From a virus (taxonomy: Duplodnaviria > Caudoviricetes), in the IMG/VR virus record IMGVR_UViG_3300005077_000072, positions 1 through 39,708 of that record: a stretch of DNA of 39,708 nt. One strand, given 5' to 3'. This document shows, piece by piece, positions 17,728 to 27,368 of this stretch (positions are counted from its first letter, which is position 1; every line of letters begins with the position of its first letter). Below the pieces are notes generated by a model. The model saw only the letters and a list, made by a program, of their open reading frames with translations. It did not search any database and had not been told where the DNA came from. The position numbers were made by a program, and so were the translations under genes.

Positions 17728-20421
17728 TTATTTAGTAACTGACACTCGATCCCAGTATACCTGGCCGTTAGATTTTAGGGGCCTCAAACCCAGCTTTTCT
17801 AACTCATTATTAAACTCAAACTTTTTGAGTGCCGCGGTAAACCCGTTTATTTGGCACCACTCTCTGTATTTCTTGTAAAGCTCTACGCGAGTCGCTCGCA
17901 TTGCATGATTCTTTATTGACTCTGTATACACAGTTACAATATCAGTATCCCCCATAAATTGTTTCACAGTATCTGTTTGAAAAAACATTGAGGCATGTCT
18001 ACGCTCATTCACTACCCCGGTAGAAAAGCCCCCTTGTTTATAGAGCCTCTCTACACCAGCCATCGCCCAGGCAATTATAGCACCAGCCTCTCGTGCAGCT
18101 ATAACTTTGCCTAATTGTGGAATACGGTTTTCTGCCGAAACTGAATTATCAAATGACAGAATAATCCAACGTCGTTTCATACCGTCAGATTGGTCCGTAG
18201 TAATAATATCATAATTGCCAGAAAATACCTGCGCGGCTGTGCTATCAAATTGAAAAGGTGCCTGGTACAGCCGCTTACCAGTTAATACCGCGCTATCAAC
18301 AACTGTTTTGAATGCAGCTCCCGGAATCCTTTTACCCTGCTCAATCTCAGACACAACATTCAGCATTTTTCCAGCCAGTTCCGCCAAGAATACAGGATTA
18401 TCAAATTGAAACGGTGATATATTTGATACGTATCTTTTAGGAATGAGGCCGGATAAAATATCAATAAATACGCTCTTACCGTTATTCCCCGCACCGCGCA
18501 GCATAACCGCTTTATGCCAATCTGTGGTTAGGACGCCAAATAAGATGGCTCCCATAATCTCCTGGGCTAAATTAATTTGGTACTCAGTACCGGCAAAGGT
18601 ATCCTCCATGTATCTGCCAAACATGGGCGGTATTTGCCCAGAATATTCAGAAGTAACCTCATGCACCGAAACTGGGAGAATAAACCTTGAACGCAATAAT
18701 TTACTATGGGGATAGCAAGTAGTTTTACTGTTTTCTTTATCAAACTCCCACACGCCATCAAGCGTAGCCAGCATCGGTTTTACCATAGTAAAGAACTCCT
18801 CATCTACAACCATACTATAAATATGCTTTTGGATAGCTGAGTAATCACTATTTCTGCTGCATTTACTGACCCCATCGAACTGTTCGATAATAGCATTTTC
18901 AATAATATTGCTGCTTATAGTACACCAACACAGGCTATCAAATTGATAAAAATTACCGCTATACCCTATCAAATTATCCCCGTATAACCGCGCAATAGCC
19001 GCACCCATTTGATGGTGCGTCGGGTCTAGCATGTCTTCAGGACTGGCCGCAGACTCTTTTTTTCTCGTACGAAATACTGCTTTGATTTCTTGGACGACTG
19101 TGTTTTTTGAAACCCCTATAACACCGCTTATATACTTAGCTGCGGTCTCCACAGCAATTGCGGAATGCTCCATATATGCCAAATTAGTTTTCCATATATT
19201 AGGCACATCCACAGTACTAAATGATTTCAGATACTCAACAAAATCATCCCCACCTAATAAAACCTCAAATACTCGCCCACCATGCGCGAACGAATTGATG
19301 ATGATTACATTATCATCTATAAATATCTTCGCTTTTGAAGTACCATATTCAGGTTCTAGTGGATCACGAATCGCCATCCCATTATAGGTATCTGGATTAA
19401 ACACTATATCCATAGCACGAAATTGGTGCATACTATTGGTGTAAAGAATATCACGCGCTGACAACTTACATTTTTGCCTGGATATTACTATATTCTTTGC
19501 TTCAGACGATTGAACGCCGTTCGCTATAAGTTTGTTAGTTTCTTCGTCAATATATGCAGCCTTGATTTTTGCTATCTCGTCACTGTGCTGTGTTGTTAGT
19601 TCAGCCACCATCTGCTTGTATAATAATGCCCCGCGATTTATTGGCATGGTGCTGAGATTAACATACTGCATACCATCGAAAAAAACAGCTTGGTTATTTG
19701 TTTGTCGTAGCCCGCACTTACATAACGGCGCTGCTGCAAAGTCAAGGCGCTCTGGGGAGAACACACTGGTATCAAAAATAGTACGTGGGAGCGCCGTACC
19801 GCTGCGAGAAATCGTAATATAACCAAAGTTCGCTTCCCAGGCAGTATATGTCAATTCACGAATAAACGCTGGCATACTCAAAGAGTGCATTACCGGCACA
19901 TAGATGCGCTGATTTGCAAGCCCTTTATGCGCCGTTCCATCATCCCCTATGATATTGGATGTGGATGATGGTTTCCACACCATCGGTACATTCATAAACT
20001 CTTGATGCAGGCTTTTGATAGCCGTTATTAGCTCATTCTTAGTCAATGGGTTACGGTTCTTTGGCACATCATAATCAAACATAATAATGGCTGGGTCGGC
20101 CCACTGAAAATTATCAAGAGTGCGGGTGACCGCATTTGGGAATTGCCTTTGCAATCTTTGGCTGCATATCTCGTACTCACCATCACCAAATTTTTTACAA
20201 ACGCCATGGATGAGGGCTTGGTTGGATTGCAGTGTGTTTAGGATGGCGGGGAGATTGGAAAAGTCTGTGATAACTGTGCGGGCGACACCGTAGTCAAGAA
20301 AGGCGTTATTTGCATTTTTAGTAAGTTTCCCGTTGCTGTCAATCGCAAACTCTTTAACTAGCGGTTTCGGCTCCTTTGTTTGTGGGTCCAACTTCGATAC
20401 AATCGTGAATGTTACCTTCAT
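17728..20421 (-). CDS. primase with D5/P4-family SF3 helicase
   Basis: N-terminal MFDYD/PSSTS Prim-Pol-like motifs; GAGNNGKS Walker A, VVSE, FSGN, GMKRR. Confidence 0.9.
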   Translation of the reverse strand: MKVTFTIVSKLDPQTKEPKPLVKEFAIDSNGKLTKNANNAFLDYGVARTVITDFSNLPAILNTLQSNQALIHGVCKKFGDGEYEICSQRLQRQFPNAVTRTLDNFQWADPAIIMFDYDVPKNRNPLTKNELITAIKSLHQEFMNVPMVWKPSSTSNIIGDDGTAHKGLANQRIYVPVMHSLSMPAFIRELTYTAWEANFGYITISRSGTALPRTIFDTSVFSPERLDFAAAPLCKCGLRQTNNQAVFFDGMQYVNLSTMPINRGALLYKQMVAELTTQHSDEIAKIKAAYIDEETNKLIANGVQSSEAKNIVISRQKCKLSARDILYTNSMHQFRAMDIVFNPDTYNGMAIRDPLEPEYGTSKAKIFIDDNVIIINSFAHGGRVFEVLLGGDDFVEYLKSFSTVDVPNIWKTNLAYMEHSAIAVETAAKYISGVIGVSKNTVVQEIKAVFRTRKKESAASPEDMLDPTHHQMGAAIARLYGDNLIGYSGNFYQFDSLCWCTISSNIIENAIIEQFDGVSKCSRNSDYSAIQKHIYSMVVDEEFFTMVKPMLATLDGVWEFDKENSKTTCYPHSKLLRSRFILPVSVHEVTSEYSGQIPPMFGRYMEDTFAGTEYQINLAQEIMGAILFGVLTTDWHKAVMLRGAGNNGKSVFIDILSGLIPKRYVSNISPFQFDNPVFLAELAGKMLNVVSEIEQGKRIPGAAFKTVVDSAVLTGKRLYQAPFQFDSTAAQVFSGNYDIITTDQSDGMKRRWIILSFDNSVSAENRIPQLGKVIAAREAGAIIAWAMAGVERLYKQGGFSTGVVNERRHASMFFQTDTVKQFMGDTDIVTVYTESIKNHAMRATRVELYKKYREWCQINGFTAALKKFEFNNELEKLGLRPLKSNGQVYWDRVSVTK

Positions 20422-20920
20422 CAATCGCCCTCTTATGACCGTGTTGGTATCTATACCCCTCAGTGACCGCCGTAGGGACGGCAAACGGTAGTTTTTCCAA
20501 CTGCCGGAATATCGTAATCAGTGGCTTAGCTGTACGGCTTCTCCCGTCTACAGTTTCTACATACCGCCAATAATCGGTTGATCTGATAGACGGGGAGAAT
20601 TGCGGTGATTCATACGTTCTTTTCAATATCTGTGGGATAACGTGGACTAATTTAGATGGGTGCGTGATGTCTACTGCGCGAAGCCCAGAAAGGCTGTGTA
20701 ACAGCCTGAAGTATTGCGGAGATAACGGCACCAATAACCAAATTTTATCCGCATCCCCCACCATGCAATGGCCAGATACATAAATAGTGCCGGATGGGTG
20801 AAAGACCCTTACCCATTCTAATTGGCCGAACCCTGCGTAAGCTACCGGCTTTTCATAAGTGTCTGATAATCGCTTATATTGCGCCTTTGGCAGTTTAAGC
20901 GGCCTCGCCCTCAATGGCAT
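20354..20920 (-). CDS. hypothetical protein
   Basis: Fills the gap between HTH and primase, with short overlaps. Confidence 0.6.
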   Translation of the reverse strand: MPLRARPLKLPKAQYKRLSDTYEKPVAYAGFGQLEWVRVFHPSGTIYVSGHCMVGDADKIWLLVPLSPQYFRLLHSLSGLRAVDITHPSKLVHVIPQILKRTYESPQFSPSIRSTDYWRYVETVDGRSRTAKPLITIFRQLEKLPFAVPTAVTEGYRYQHGHKRAIDEGNIHDCIEVGPTNKGAETAS

Positions 20921-21125
20921 GTTCCACACCTTTTTCAACCTCTGTTACGAAATCACCGGGCGTCACTGCGCCGTTTGTGGCTGTTGATATAGCCAATGCG
21001 CGGCCCAGACTTGGGCGAGCTTTGCCGGATTCATACTTAGAAATCATACCAATTGAAACTCCAACTTTTTCCGCCAACTCAGCCTGTGTAATGCCTGTCT
21101 GTTTCCGATACTGTGCTATATTCAA
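20895..21125 (-). CDS. Cro/XRE-family HTH regulator
   Basis: TQAELAEKVGVSIGMISKYESGKARPS…ATNGAVT. Confidence 0.92.
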   Translation of the reverse strand: MNIAQYRKQTGITQAELAEKVGVSIGMISKYESGKARPSLGRALAISTATNGAVTPGDFVTEVEKGVEHAIEGEAA

Positions 21126-21418
21126 TTTGCCATACCCTCCAGTTGATAAACCTCTAACTCACAAAAAAATTCAGGGTTATCCTGCATCAGTTTCGATAAC
21201 TTTTCAATAGCCACTATGGGTGATGCGTAATTACCATCCCTATCTGCTATACTGTCTAAAAAGGCCGTCACGCTATTTGGAATAAGCGAACGGGCATCCA
21301 AAAAGAGCCAGACTACGTCATCGCAAAAATCCCTAATCTCGGGGGCCGTATGGGTATAGTGCCTGGCTATGTCAATACACTTATGGACAATCAAGCCCCG
21401 CCGTTCAGTTTCTTGCAT
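21122..21418 (-). CDS. hypothetical protein
   Basis: 98 aa ORF in operon. Confidence 0.65.
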   Translation of the reverse strand: MQETERRGLIVHKCIDIARHYTHTAPEIRDFCDDVVWLFLDARSLIPNSVTAFLDSIADRDGNYASPIVAIEKLSKLMQDNPEFFCELEVYQLEGMAN

Positions 21419-21714
21419 TTTGCTATCTGCCTATCATTAGCGTCATAATACGGGTAAAATACCCCTGGAATAACTGAAATCACAACATACTCATTCAATG
21501 AATCCCAGTACGCATCGACTAACCTACCATCAACCCTAATTTTGCAGGTAAGTGACCTGGGCGCTTTCGATACCAAATACCTTTTTTGCTGATCTGTTAA
21601 ATCACCCACCCTGATGAAACGGCCACCGACAAGAACATTGTAAGAGCCGTCACTTGGGCGGTAATACGCCAGCCTGTATTCCCCTTGGTATTTGACAAAA
21701 AGTTTTTGTTCCAC
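21391..21714 (-). CDS. hypothetical protein with internal two-fold repeat
   Basis: VKYQGEYRLAYY / IRVDGRLVDAYW. Confidence 0.65.
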   Translation of the reverse strand: MEQKLFVKYQGEYRLAYYRPSDGSYNVLVGGRFIRVGDLTDQQKRYLVSKAPRSLTCKIRVDGRLVDAYWDSLNEYVVISVIPGVFYPYYDANDRQIAKCKKLNGGA

Positions 21715-21758
21715 GTCACACCGCTCTTGCAGGAAAGTCTGCCACTTGATAGTGACAG

Positions 21759-21787
21759 ACTTTACCGTCGGTAAACTTACTTGTCAA
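21759..21787 (-). promoter_or_regulatory. sigma70-type promoter with an overlapping palindromic operator
   Basis: TTGACA-17 nt-TAAAGT on minus; TTTACCG-T-CGGTAAA at 21761-21775. Confidence 0.7.
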
Positions 21788-21918
21788 CTCTGAATCGTCG
21801 AGCTTGCCCCTGTTTTCCATCCCAAATAACTACAGGTTGCAGCTTTTTTCTAATGATTGCAGCCTCTAACTTAAGGTTTCTTTTGTAATCCTGGTATGAC
21901 TCACCTTCACGTCGTTCT

Positions 21919-22239
21919 CTACTCATTTTGGCACCTTTGTATTGTTTTTTCAAATGCTTGCACCATTAATGCTGGCATATCACCTTGTGTTCGTGATGCC
22001 CGGTTGAGCTGCTTGCACACATCGGCCACAGACGCCCCTGATCTAAGTGCCAACGACGCCAGCCTGCACATAGCATCAGTGCCGGCCAATGTCAACTCTA
22101 ACTTGGGATCGCCAGACGTAGGAAATGCGATAAAGATTTCCCACGGCTGTCGATCTTTTATTGATACTGTGATGTAGACCGACACGTTTCTGTAAGAAAA
22201 TCGGAATCTTTTAGCGTCAAGCTCTTCAATAGTTGCCAT
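21919..22239 (-). CDS. stand-alone TSCPD domain (class II RNR C-terminal-like)
   Basis: YITVS…PWEIFI…AMCRLASLALRSGAS…KQL. Confidence 0.75.
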   Translation of the reverse strand: MATIEELDAKRFRFSYRNVSVYITVSIKDRQPWEIFIAFPTSGDPKLELTLAGTDAMCRLASLALRSGASVADVCKQLNRASRTQGDMPALMVQAFEKTIQRCQNE

Positions 22240-22268
22240 TTTTTGTCACCTTGGTTATAGCTGACTAC

Positions 22269-22673
22269 TCAATCTCCAGCCCACACACCATCAGGCCGCA
22301 TCTTTGCCAGTGCCAATAACTGCATTAGCGCCTGCTTTGCGTTTCCTTCGGTGGACTTCCAGTAATTCTCGTCGGTGTCGTTCCCAAGGGCGGCAATCGC
22401 CTTCTCCAAGGCCGGAATGCTCTCCGCGCCAGTCATTCCATACAGCTTCCGAATGCCGGTCATCCCACCGCCGAATACCTTATCGAATGCAGACAGTTCA
22501 ACTTCAGCATCTCCAAACACCCTGCGGAAATGTGGAGCATAGTTGTAAGTTACATTCAGACGTGCATCCGTTGTGCCCCCTATGACGTAAGTGCCGCCCC
22601 GCATGTGATGCGGCGCATCAAGTTGAAGCGTTTCTTTCGTTACTGGGTCTTGCAATTCGATGTCATAGCTCAT
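22269..22673 (-). CDS. phage hypothetical protein
   Basis: MSYDI…NVTYNY…GMTGAES…YW…GNA…PDGVW. Confidence 0.8.
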   Translation of the reverse strand: MSYDIELQDPVTKETLQLDAPHHMRGGTYVIGGTTDARLNVTYNYAPHFRRVFGDAEVELSAFDKVFGGGMTGIRKLYGMTGAESIPALEKAIAALGNDTDENYWKSTEGNAKQALMQLLALAKMRPDGVWAGD

Positions 22674-22753
22674 TTTCCTGGCTCCATTGGTTATTTTCAA
22701 TACAGTCTTTTAGCACACTAAGCGGTGCCGTTCTCCAATCCTACTGGAATCTA

Positions 22754-23053
22754 TCAAAGGATTCTATGCTTGGTTCCTGCTTCACTGAGGCTGCCAATGA
22801 TGCCCCCAGCGTTGGGCAACTCATCAATCCATCGCGTAACCAGTGGGTCCGCGCCGTATTCTACATTACAATTGTTACACACAAGATGGCCGTTCAAGAG
22901 TGTGTACGCATCGCGGCGCGTGGAGAGAAAACCACACGCCTCGCAGTGATACAACGCGGCTAACACCATCTCGCGTACTTTCGGTGCCTGCTCGTCTATC
23001 TCACTGGCATTGGTAAGAGTGCTGGCTTGTGCCTTAAACTCAGCTTCGTTCAT
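22754..23053 (-). CDS. Zn-ribbon hypothetical protein
   Basis: CEAC…CNNC; GGAGGG RBS. Confidence 0.65.
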   Translation of the reverse strand: MNEAEFKAQASTLTNASEIDEQAPKVREMVLAALYHCEACGFLSTRRDAYTLLNGHLVCNNCNVEYGADPLVTRWIDELPNAGGIIGSLSEAGTKHRIL

Positions 23054-23075
23054 TCCTTCCCTCCACGGTAATCGT

Positions 23076-24485
23076 CTATTTTCCATTAGAAACCGGCACC
23101 TGTGCAAACCACTTCTGAATCAAGTTCGTTGTTTGGTAGCCCTTTCCATAGGGAGTCAGTTCTGAAGTGTGGTACGATGAAGGGCCAAATTTTTTGTCTA
23201 CTGCATCTATGTACATGGAGTACAACCCTTCCTCCACATGGTACATCCAGTCTGGAATATCCTGGGATGCAAGTTTTTGTTTGTATTGTGCTGCAAGAGA
23301 AGTATCAATACAAAAATGTGTAGCCCCTGTATCTAACGCAATATCAATCCAATCTTTATCTTCCTTTGTCCGTGTAAGGTGCGTCAAGTCACCTGCACGC
23401 CCAATCTGCTTGTACCCTAATAGCAATAGCCGTGCATGATTTTCCTTACTGTACCTAAATATACCGCGCAGTTCCCAAACTTTGAGCAACTCCGGGATGA
23501 TGTGAAACACAATCTTACTACGCAGATTAGGGTTTTTGTCAAAATGCTCTAGGACATTCTGCATTTCTGCCTCGGAGGTTACCGATATTCCAATACCTGA
23601 GACTGTGCTTTCGAGTATCCGCAGTTTTCGTGGATCGAGTGCCCAAGCTGGCGTGTTTTGAGAATGCCACCCTCTGGTTGTGAAACTGATATTCAGTTTC
23701 AAATATGCCGCCTGTTCTAAGATATGGAAAAAGTCTGGGTGTTCGGTTGGTTCTCCCCCGCCGATTGCCACTTCAAATACCCCTCCCTCAGCTAAACTGT
23801 GAATAATGTAGGAAACATCATAAGTGTTAGCATGTACCCCCGAAGGTGTGCTGTCCTGATAGCAGAACTTGCATCCATGTGTGCAAAAATTTGTTATTTT
23901 CAGGTCCACTAGCATTGGAGTCTTTGGTTTGAACTCGTCAGGATTTGAGAGAAAAGAGAACGTCACCCTATCTCCAGTGGTCGTCATAAGCGTCCACCAA
24001 TCCCCGTCTTTTCGACAGTATGAGTAAGGGGTATCAGGCATAAATTCTAAAGTTGCCGGGGTGTATTCTCCTTGAATATCTATCGGTAGGTTTTCATTAT
24101 CATTCCCACCTAATATGACAAGATTTTCTTGCAGTACATATTTTTTGAAATCTTCAAAAAACTCCAGGCTTGTTGCCGTAGTTCTCTGCTCCAAAGGGAA
24201 TGTATATGCTGATTGATGATCTACTGTCTGGTCTATAGCTGGAAGTTTCAGCCCTTTCAGAATCGAGCGCATAATCTTTGCAGGTAATTCTGGACGAAAA
24301 TGGGAGTTGAGCAAAGCCGCCAAATATGCTCGTTTCGCCTTTTCAGATGTAAGTACAAAATCATCCCAATGAAACCCTTGGCCTTGGGCGTAGTTGCTCT
24401 CCTGCTGTGGCTTAGAAACAAATATCATGGAATGCGATGAAGATGAGTTTGTAGCAAACCCAAGCCTGACATTTTGCACTTTCAT
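23076..24485 (-). CDS. radical SAM protein with N-terminal TNSSSSHS domain
   Basis: CTHGCKFC, IGGGEP, FTT; N-terminal R.GF.TNSSSSHS. Confidence 0.9.
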   Translation of the reverse strand: MKVQNVRLGFATNSSSSHSMIFVSKPQQESNYAQGQGFHWDDFVLTSEKAKRAYLAALLNSHFRPELPAKIMRSILKGLKLPAIDQTVDHQSAYTFPLEQRTTATSLEFFEDFKKYVLQENLVILGGNDNENLPIDIQGEYTPATLEFMPDTPYSYCRKDGDWWTLMTTTGDRVTFSFLSNPDEFKPKTPMLVDLKITNFCTHGCKFCYQDSTPSGVHANTYDVSYIIHSLAEGGVFEVAIGGGEPTEHPDFFHILEQAAYLKLNISFTTRGWHSQNTPAWALDPRKLRILESTVSGIGISVTSEAEMQNVLEHFDKNPNLRSKIVFHIIPELLKVWELRGIFRYSKENHARLLLLGYKQIGRAGDLTHLTRTKEDKDWIDIALDTGATHFCIDTSLAAQYKQKLASQDIPDWMYHVEEGLYSMYIDAVDKKFGPSSYHTSELTPYGKGYQTTNLIQKWFAQVPVSNGK

Positions 24486-24514
24486 TTCAAATCTCCATTG
24501 TGTTGCGAAAATTT

Positions 24515-24763
24515 CTACCGATTACGGTTTCTTCCACTATAGCCTGCTGGATTCACCAAGTTTCCAGCAGCCTTTTTCTTATCTGCTACATGCCACGCTA
24601 TTGCTTGTGCAATAGCGGCAGTTTTCTTTCGTGCAGATGGTGTAAGTTTGAAAATTGTTTGTTCGGCAATAGGCACATGATTTTTAGGGTCATTTTCTAT
24701 GTCACTCATTATAGCTAACAATTCAGATTGGCTATATTTTTTATAGTATTGCAGTGCATCCAT
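24515..24763 (-). CDS. hypothetical protein
   Basis: MDALQYYKKYS…; GGAG upstream. Confidence 0.65.
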   Translation of the reverse strand: MDALQYYKKYSQSELLAIMSDIENDPKNHVPIAEQTIFKLTPSARKKTAAIAQAIAWHVADKKKAAGNLVNPAGYSGRNRNR

Positions 24764-24818
24764 CTCTACGTCACACTCCCGAAGACGATTTTGGTTTTTG
24801 GAAGTCTGGTCGGCATGA

Positions 24819-25004
24819 CTACTTTTTGACAAAGATAGGGTAGCCATTGTCATCAAAATTTCCCTCCCACGCATATAACAACCTGCCGGTCGTGGTGCTG
24901 TATATTTTTGCATTCTCTCCCCATGATGATGCAATCTGTAGGGCCTTATCGAGGCTGGTCGTTGTGGTCGTTCCACCAGCGATATTCCGCACTTCGTATT
25001 TCAT
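24819..25004 (-). CDS. hypothetical protein
   Basis: 61 aa; ATGA overlap. Confidence 0.6.
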   Translation of the reverse strand: MKYEVRNIAGGTTTTTSLDKALQIASSWGENAKIYSTTTGRLLYAWEGNFDDNGYPIFVKK

Positions 25005-25228
25005 CTTTGTTTCCCCGTTTGATTTTTAGTCTTTGGCCTTGTTTCGTTGAAAAATAGTCGTTCCGCCGATGTTTTAGGACAGGAGAGCAGCAGGTCGAGC
25101 TGACCGCGCGACTCCCATACGCCTTTGACCAACTCGGCGGCGCTGTATATCGCCGTGGCCTCACTAGTTAGGCGGACAAAGCTATAGCGCCATTTGCCGC
25201 TGATCCATTCTGCCGGGAGGATTTTCAT
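25001..25228 (-). CDS. hypothetical protein
   Basis: 75 aa ORF in operon. Confidence 0.55.
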   Translation of the reverse strand: MKILPAEWISGKWRYSFVRLTSEATAIYSAAELVKGVWESRGQLDLLLSCPKTSAERLFFNETRPKTKNQTGKQR

Positions 25229-25233
25229 TTTCT

Positions 25234-25797
25234 TTAACTATTGCGCCAATTTCGGTCCCACGATTTTATGCCTGTCATCTGCATAAAATTGATAGCATCA
25301 GAAAGAATCTGGTCAGGGGTCAGTTCGTATATTCCATCAACTGCGGGCTGAAACGTAACCCCTTTTTCTGATTCATGGGTACCTGAGTAAGAGAACCAAC
25401 AGCGACGTAGAAACACAATGCTACCACCAAGGTCACGGATCAATTGCGCCTCATTGTCAAATCGGACATCGTCTACAATAATGCTACAACCATGGCACGT
25501 ACCGATTTCCTTAGCAAATATATCTGTCCATAGGGAATTTTTTATTGTTTTTCTCCCCCATTCTGTGCCCAATGTTTGGAGCAGTTGCCTGTATGTGATA
25601 CCGGGCATAAACTCAGTAGTTTTGAATTGTGCATCACGTAATTGTTGTTCTGTACAACCTGTGAGTGTGGCTACCATTCGACGTAGCGGATCGGCATAAG
25701 ACTTTACAACTACATTAGTGCCATACTGAGTAGCTATTTTGTATGCTAACGTTGTCTTGCCTACCCCTGCCGGGCCTGTCAATCCTATAAGTTTCAA
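25234..25797 (-). CDS. deoxynucleoside monophosphate kinase (copy 2)
   Basis: GLTGPAGVGKTT, YADPLR, QTLGTEWGR, DDVRFDNEA, HESE; TTG start with AGGAGG. Confidence 0.92.
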   Translation of the reverse strand: MKLIGLTGPAGVGKTTLAYKIATQYGTNVVVKSYADPLRRMVATLTGCTEQQLRDAQFKTTEFMPGITYRQLLQTLGTEWGRKTIKNSLWTDIFAKEIGTCHGCSIIVDDVRFDNEAQLIRDLGGSIVFLRRCWFSYSGTHESEKGVTFQPAVDGIYELTPDQILSDAINFMQMTGIKSWDRNWRNS

Positions 25798-25831
25798 GTT
25801 CGTTTACCTCCTACTGTCTATGTTAAAGAGG

Positions 25832-26332
25832 CTAGTCTTCGCCTAGCATGTTGACGAGTTCCTGCACAGTCATTGTACGTAATTTGTCGATTTTTATCCA
25901 TGTTGAGTCCATATTGAGATTTTTTACATACTCCCGCGCCTTACTCATTTCGTCCCGCCATTCTTTACGCGATGTGTGATTTAGTTCTTCTACGAGTCTC
26001 CTGTGCGAGTCTATGAGGCACTGCACAGTAAGTACGGCATCATTCGGATTCCATCCGATTTCCTTAGTGTATTCTAAGAGCAACTCAGCATCTTTGTGTA
26101 CTTCGGTGTGTTTGGGGTCAAGCAGTCCAGCTTGTGCGAGTCTGTCAACCACATTGTGATATCCTTCGTTTTCTAACTTATTTAAACCGTGCTTACACAA
26201 CAAGCTCACATCTTCAGCTAGTAGCGGATCGCAATAACCTGGTATCACACCTGGGAGTTGCCGTGTCAGTGGCTGCCCCTGTTGGGCTGCACTTATTTGT
26301 TCCCGTGTGTAGCCGAAAATCAAGTCTTCCAT
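25832..26332 (-). CDS. hypothetical protein
   Basis: 166 aa; GAGG RBS. Confidence 0.7.
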   Translation of the reverse strand: MEDLIFGYTREQISAAQQGQPLTRQLPGVIPGYCDPLLAEDVSLLCKHGLNKLENEGYHNVVDRLAQAGLLDPKHTEVHKDAELLLEYTKEIGWNPNDAVLTVQCLIDSHRRLVEELNHTSRKEWRDEMSKAREYVKNLNMDSTWIKIDKLRTMTVQELVNMLGED

Positions 26333-26378
26333 GCTGTTTCCTCATTAGATTTCATCAGTTTTTGGCCAAGGATACCTA

Positions 26379-26768
26379 TTATCGCCATTTTCTATCAAGC
26401 AGCCGATCCACAAGCTGCATAAAATCTAGGTCAGGTTCAACTTCCCCAGTAGCTTTCAGCAATGAAAAATCAGAATCGTTCGCACCAAAAACACCGTCTC
26501 GCAGGTCAACCACACGTTTAGAACTGCCGAGCCACCCAAACAAAACTGTCCCGTCTGAATCCCGGAAACAATCAAGACCGCCTATGTCGTTCGCACCGTT
26601 TTCCACTTTTTGAATGAATGCAAGCGCTTCTGGTGAAATCAGCAGGCTGTCTGCCCGCACTACGAATCCTACGCACCCTGGGGTTGCTGGGCTACTTATC
26701 ACGCCCTCAGCATCCACGCTAGAATGAATCGCCAACATACCTCTGTAGCAATAAATCTTCGTTTTCAT
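26379..26768 (-). CDS. hypothetical protein
   Basis: 129 aa; AGGA RBS. Confidence 0.7.
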   Translation of the reverse strand: MKTKIYCYRGMLAIHSSVDAEGVISSPATPGCVGFVVRADSLLISPEALAFIQKVENGANDIGGLDCFRDSDGTVLFGWLGSSKRVVDLRDGVFGANDSDFSLLKATGEVEPDLDFMQLVDRLLDRKWR

Positions 26769-26804
26769 TATCGTTTCCTAATTAGACTTTGAATTGCCAT
26801 ACAA

Positions 26805-27359
26805 TTATCCCTTTTTAGTGACTACTACCATTTTGACATCTCGTCGCCCAAACTCCTTAGCTTCTTTTATTGTCGGCATCAACACGTCCACAGACCGCTC
26901 AAATCTGTCTGCCATGAGGTCGTCTACCTGCCGGACACCGATACCTGGCAAGTAGACAGTTGCACCCAAGAGGTGGCTGAGATCACGAGAAACGGCTACA
27001 GACAAGCCGGGTTTCGGCCTTTGCATCAAAGCGTTCTTGTTGGGTGTGCTGTCTGTCTGGCGTTTTACTGCGTTGTAAGCTGACAGGGAAACTTCGATTT
27101 CTCGCCCCAGTTTTTCCGCATCCTTCTTTTCCTGTTCATGCTGCTCCTGTACTCGAATTAGTGTGCTGGATGTCTTCAACAAGACGCCCCTGGCTTTGAG
27201 TATTTCAGCTCTAATTAGAGCGTTTTCAGCCCTCAAGACCAAGTTTTCATGAGATAGTGTTTCACAGTACCAGTAACTTGTCCCGGCTGTAATAGCGGCT
27301 CCAATTGCCGCAGCTACGAGGTGTGTGCCGACTGCTCGTAGAAAATTAGTGTTGTTCAT
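26805..27359 (-). CDS. 3D-domain (MltA-like) cell-wall protein with membrane anchor and coiled coil
   Basis: SAYN…VAVSRDL…GATVY…GIG…VDD…VDVLM…AKEFGRR. Confidence 0.8.
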   Translation of the reverse strand: MNNTNFLRAVGTHLVAAAIGAAITAGTSYWYCETLSHENLVLRAENALIRAEILKARGVLLKTSSTLIRVQEQHEQEKKDAEKLGREIEVSLSAYNAVKRQTDSTPNKNALMQRPKPGLSVAVSRDLSHLLGATVYLPGIGVRQVDDLMADRFERSVDVLMPTIKEAKEFGRRDVKMVVVTKKG

Positions 27360-27368
27360 ACCTTTTCC

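Noticed and set aside
22245-22268. GTTATAG near the stop of gene 22269-22673 as an attC remnant
   Set aside because: No L box or partner R'' is visible.
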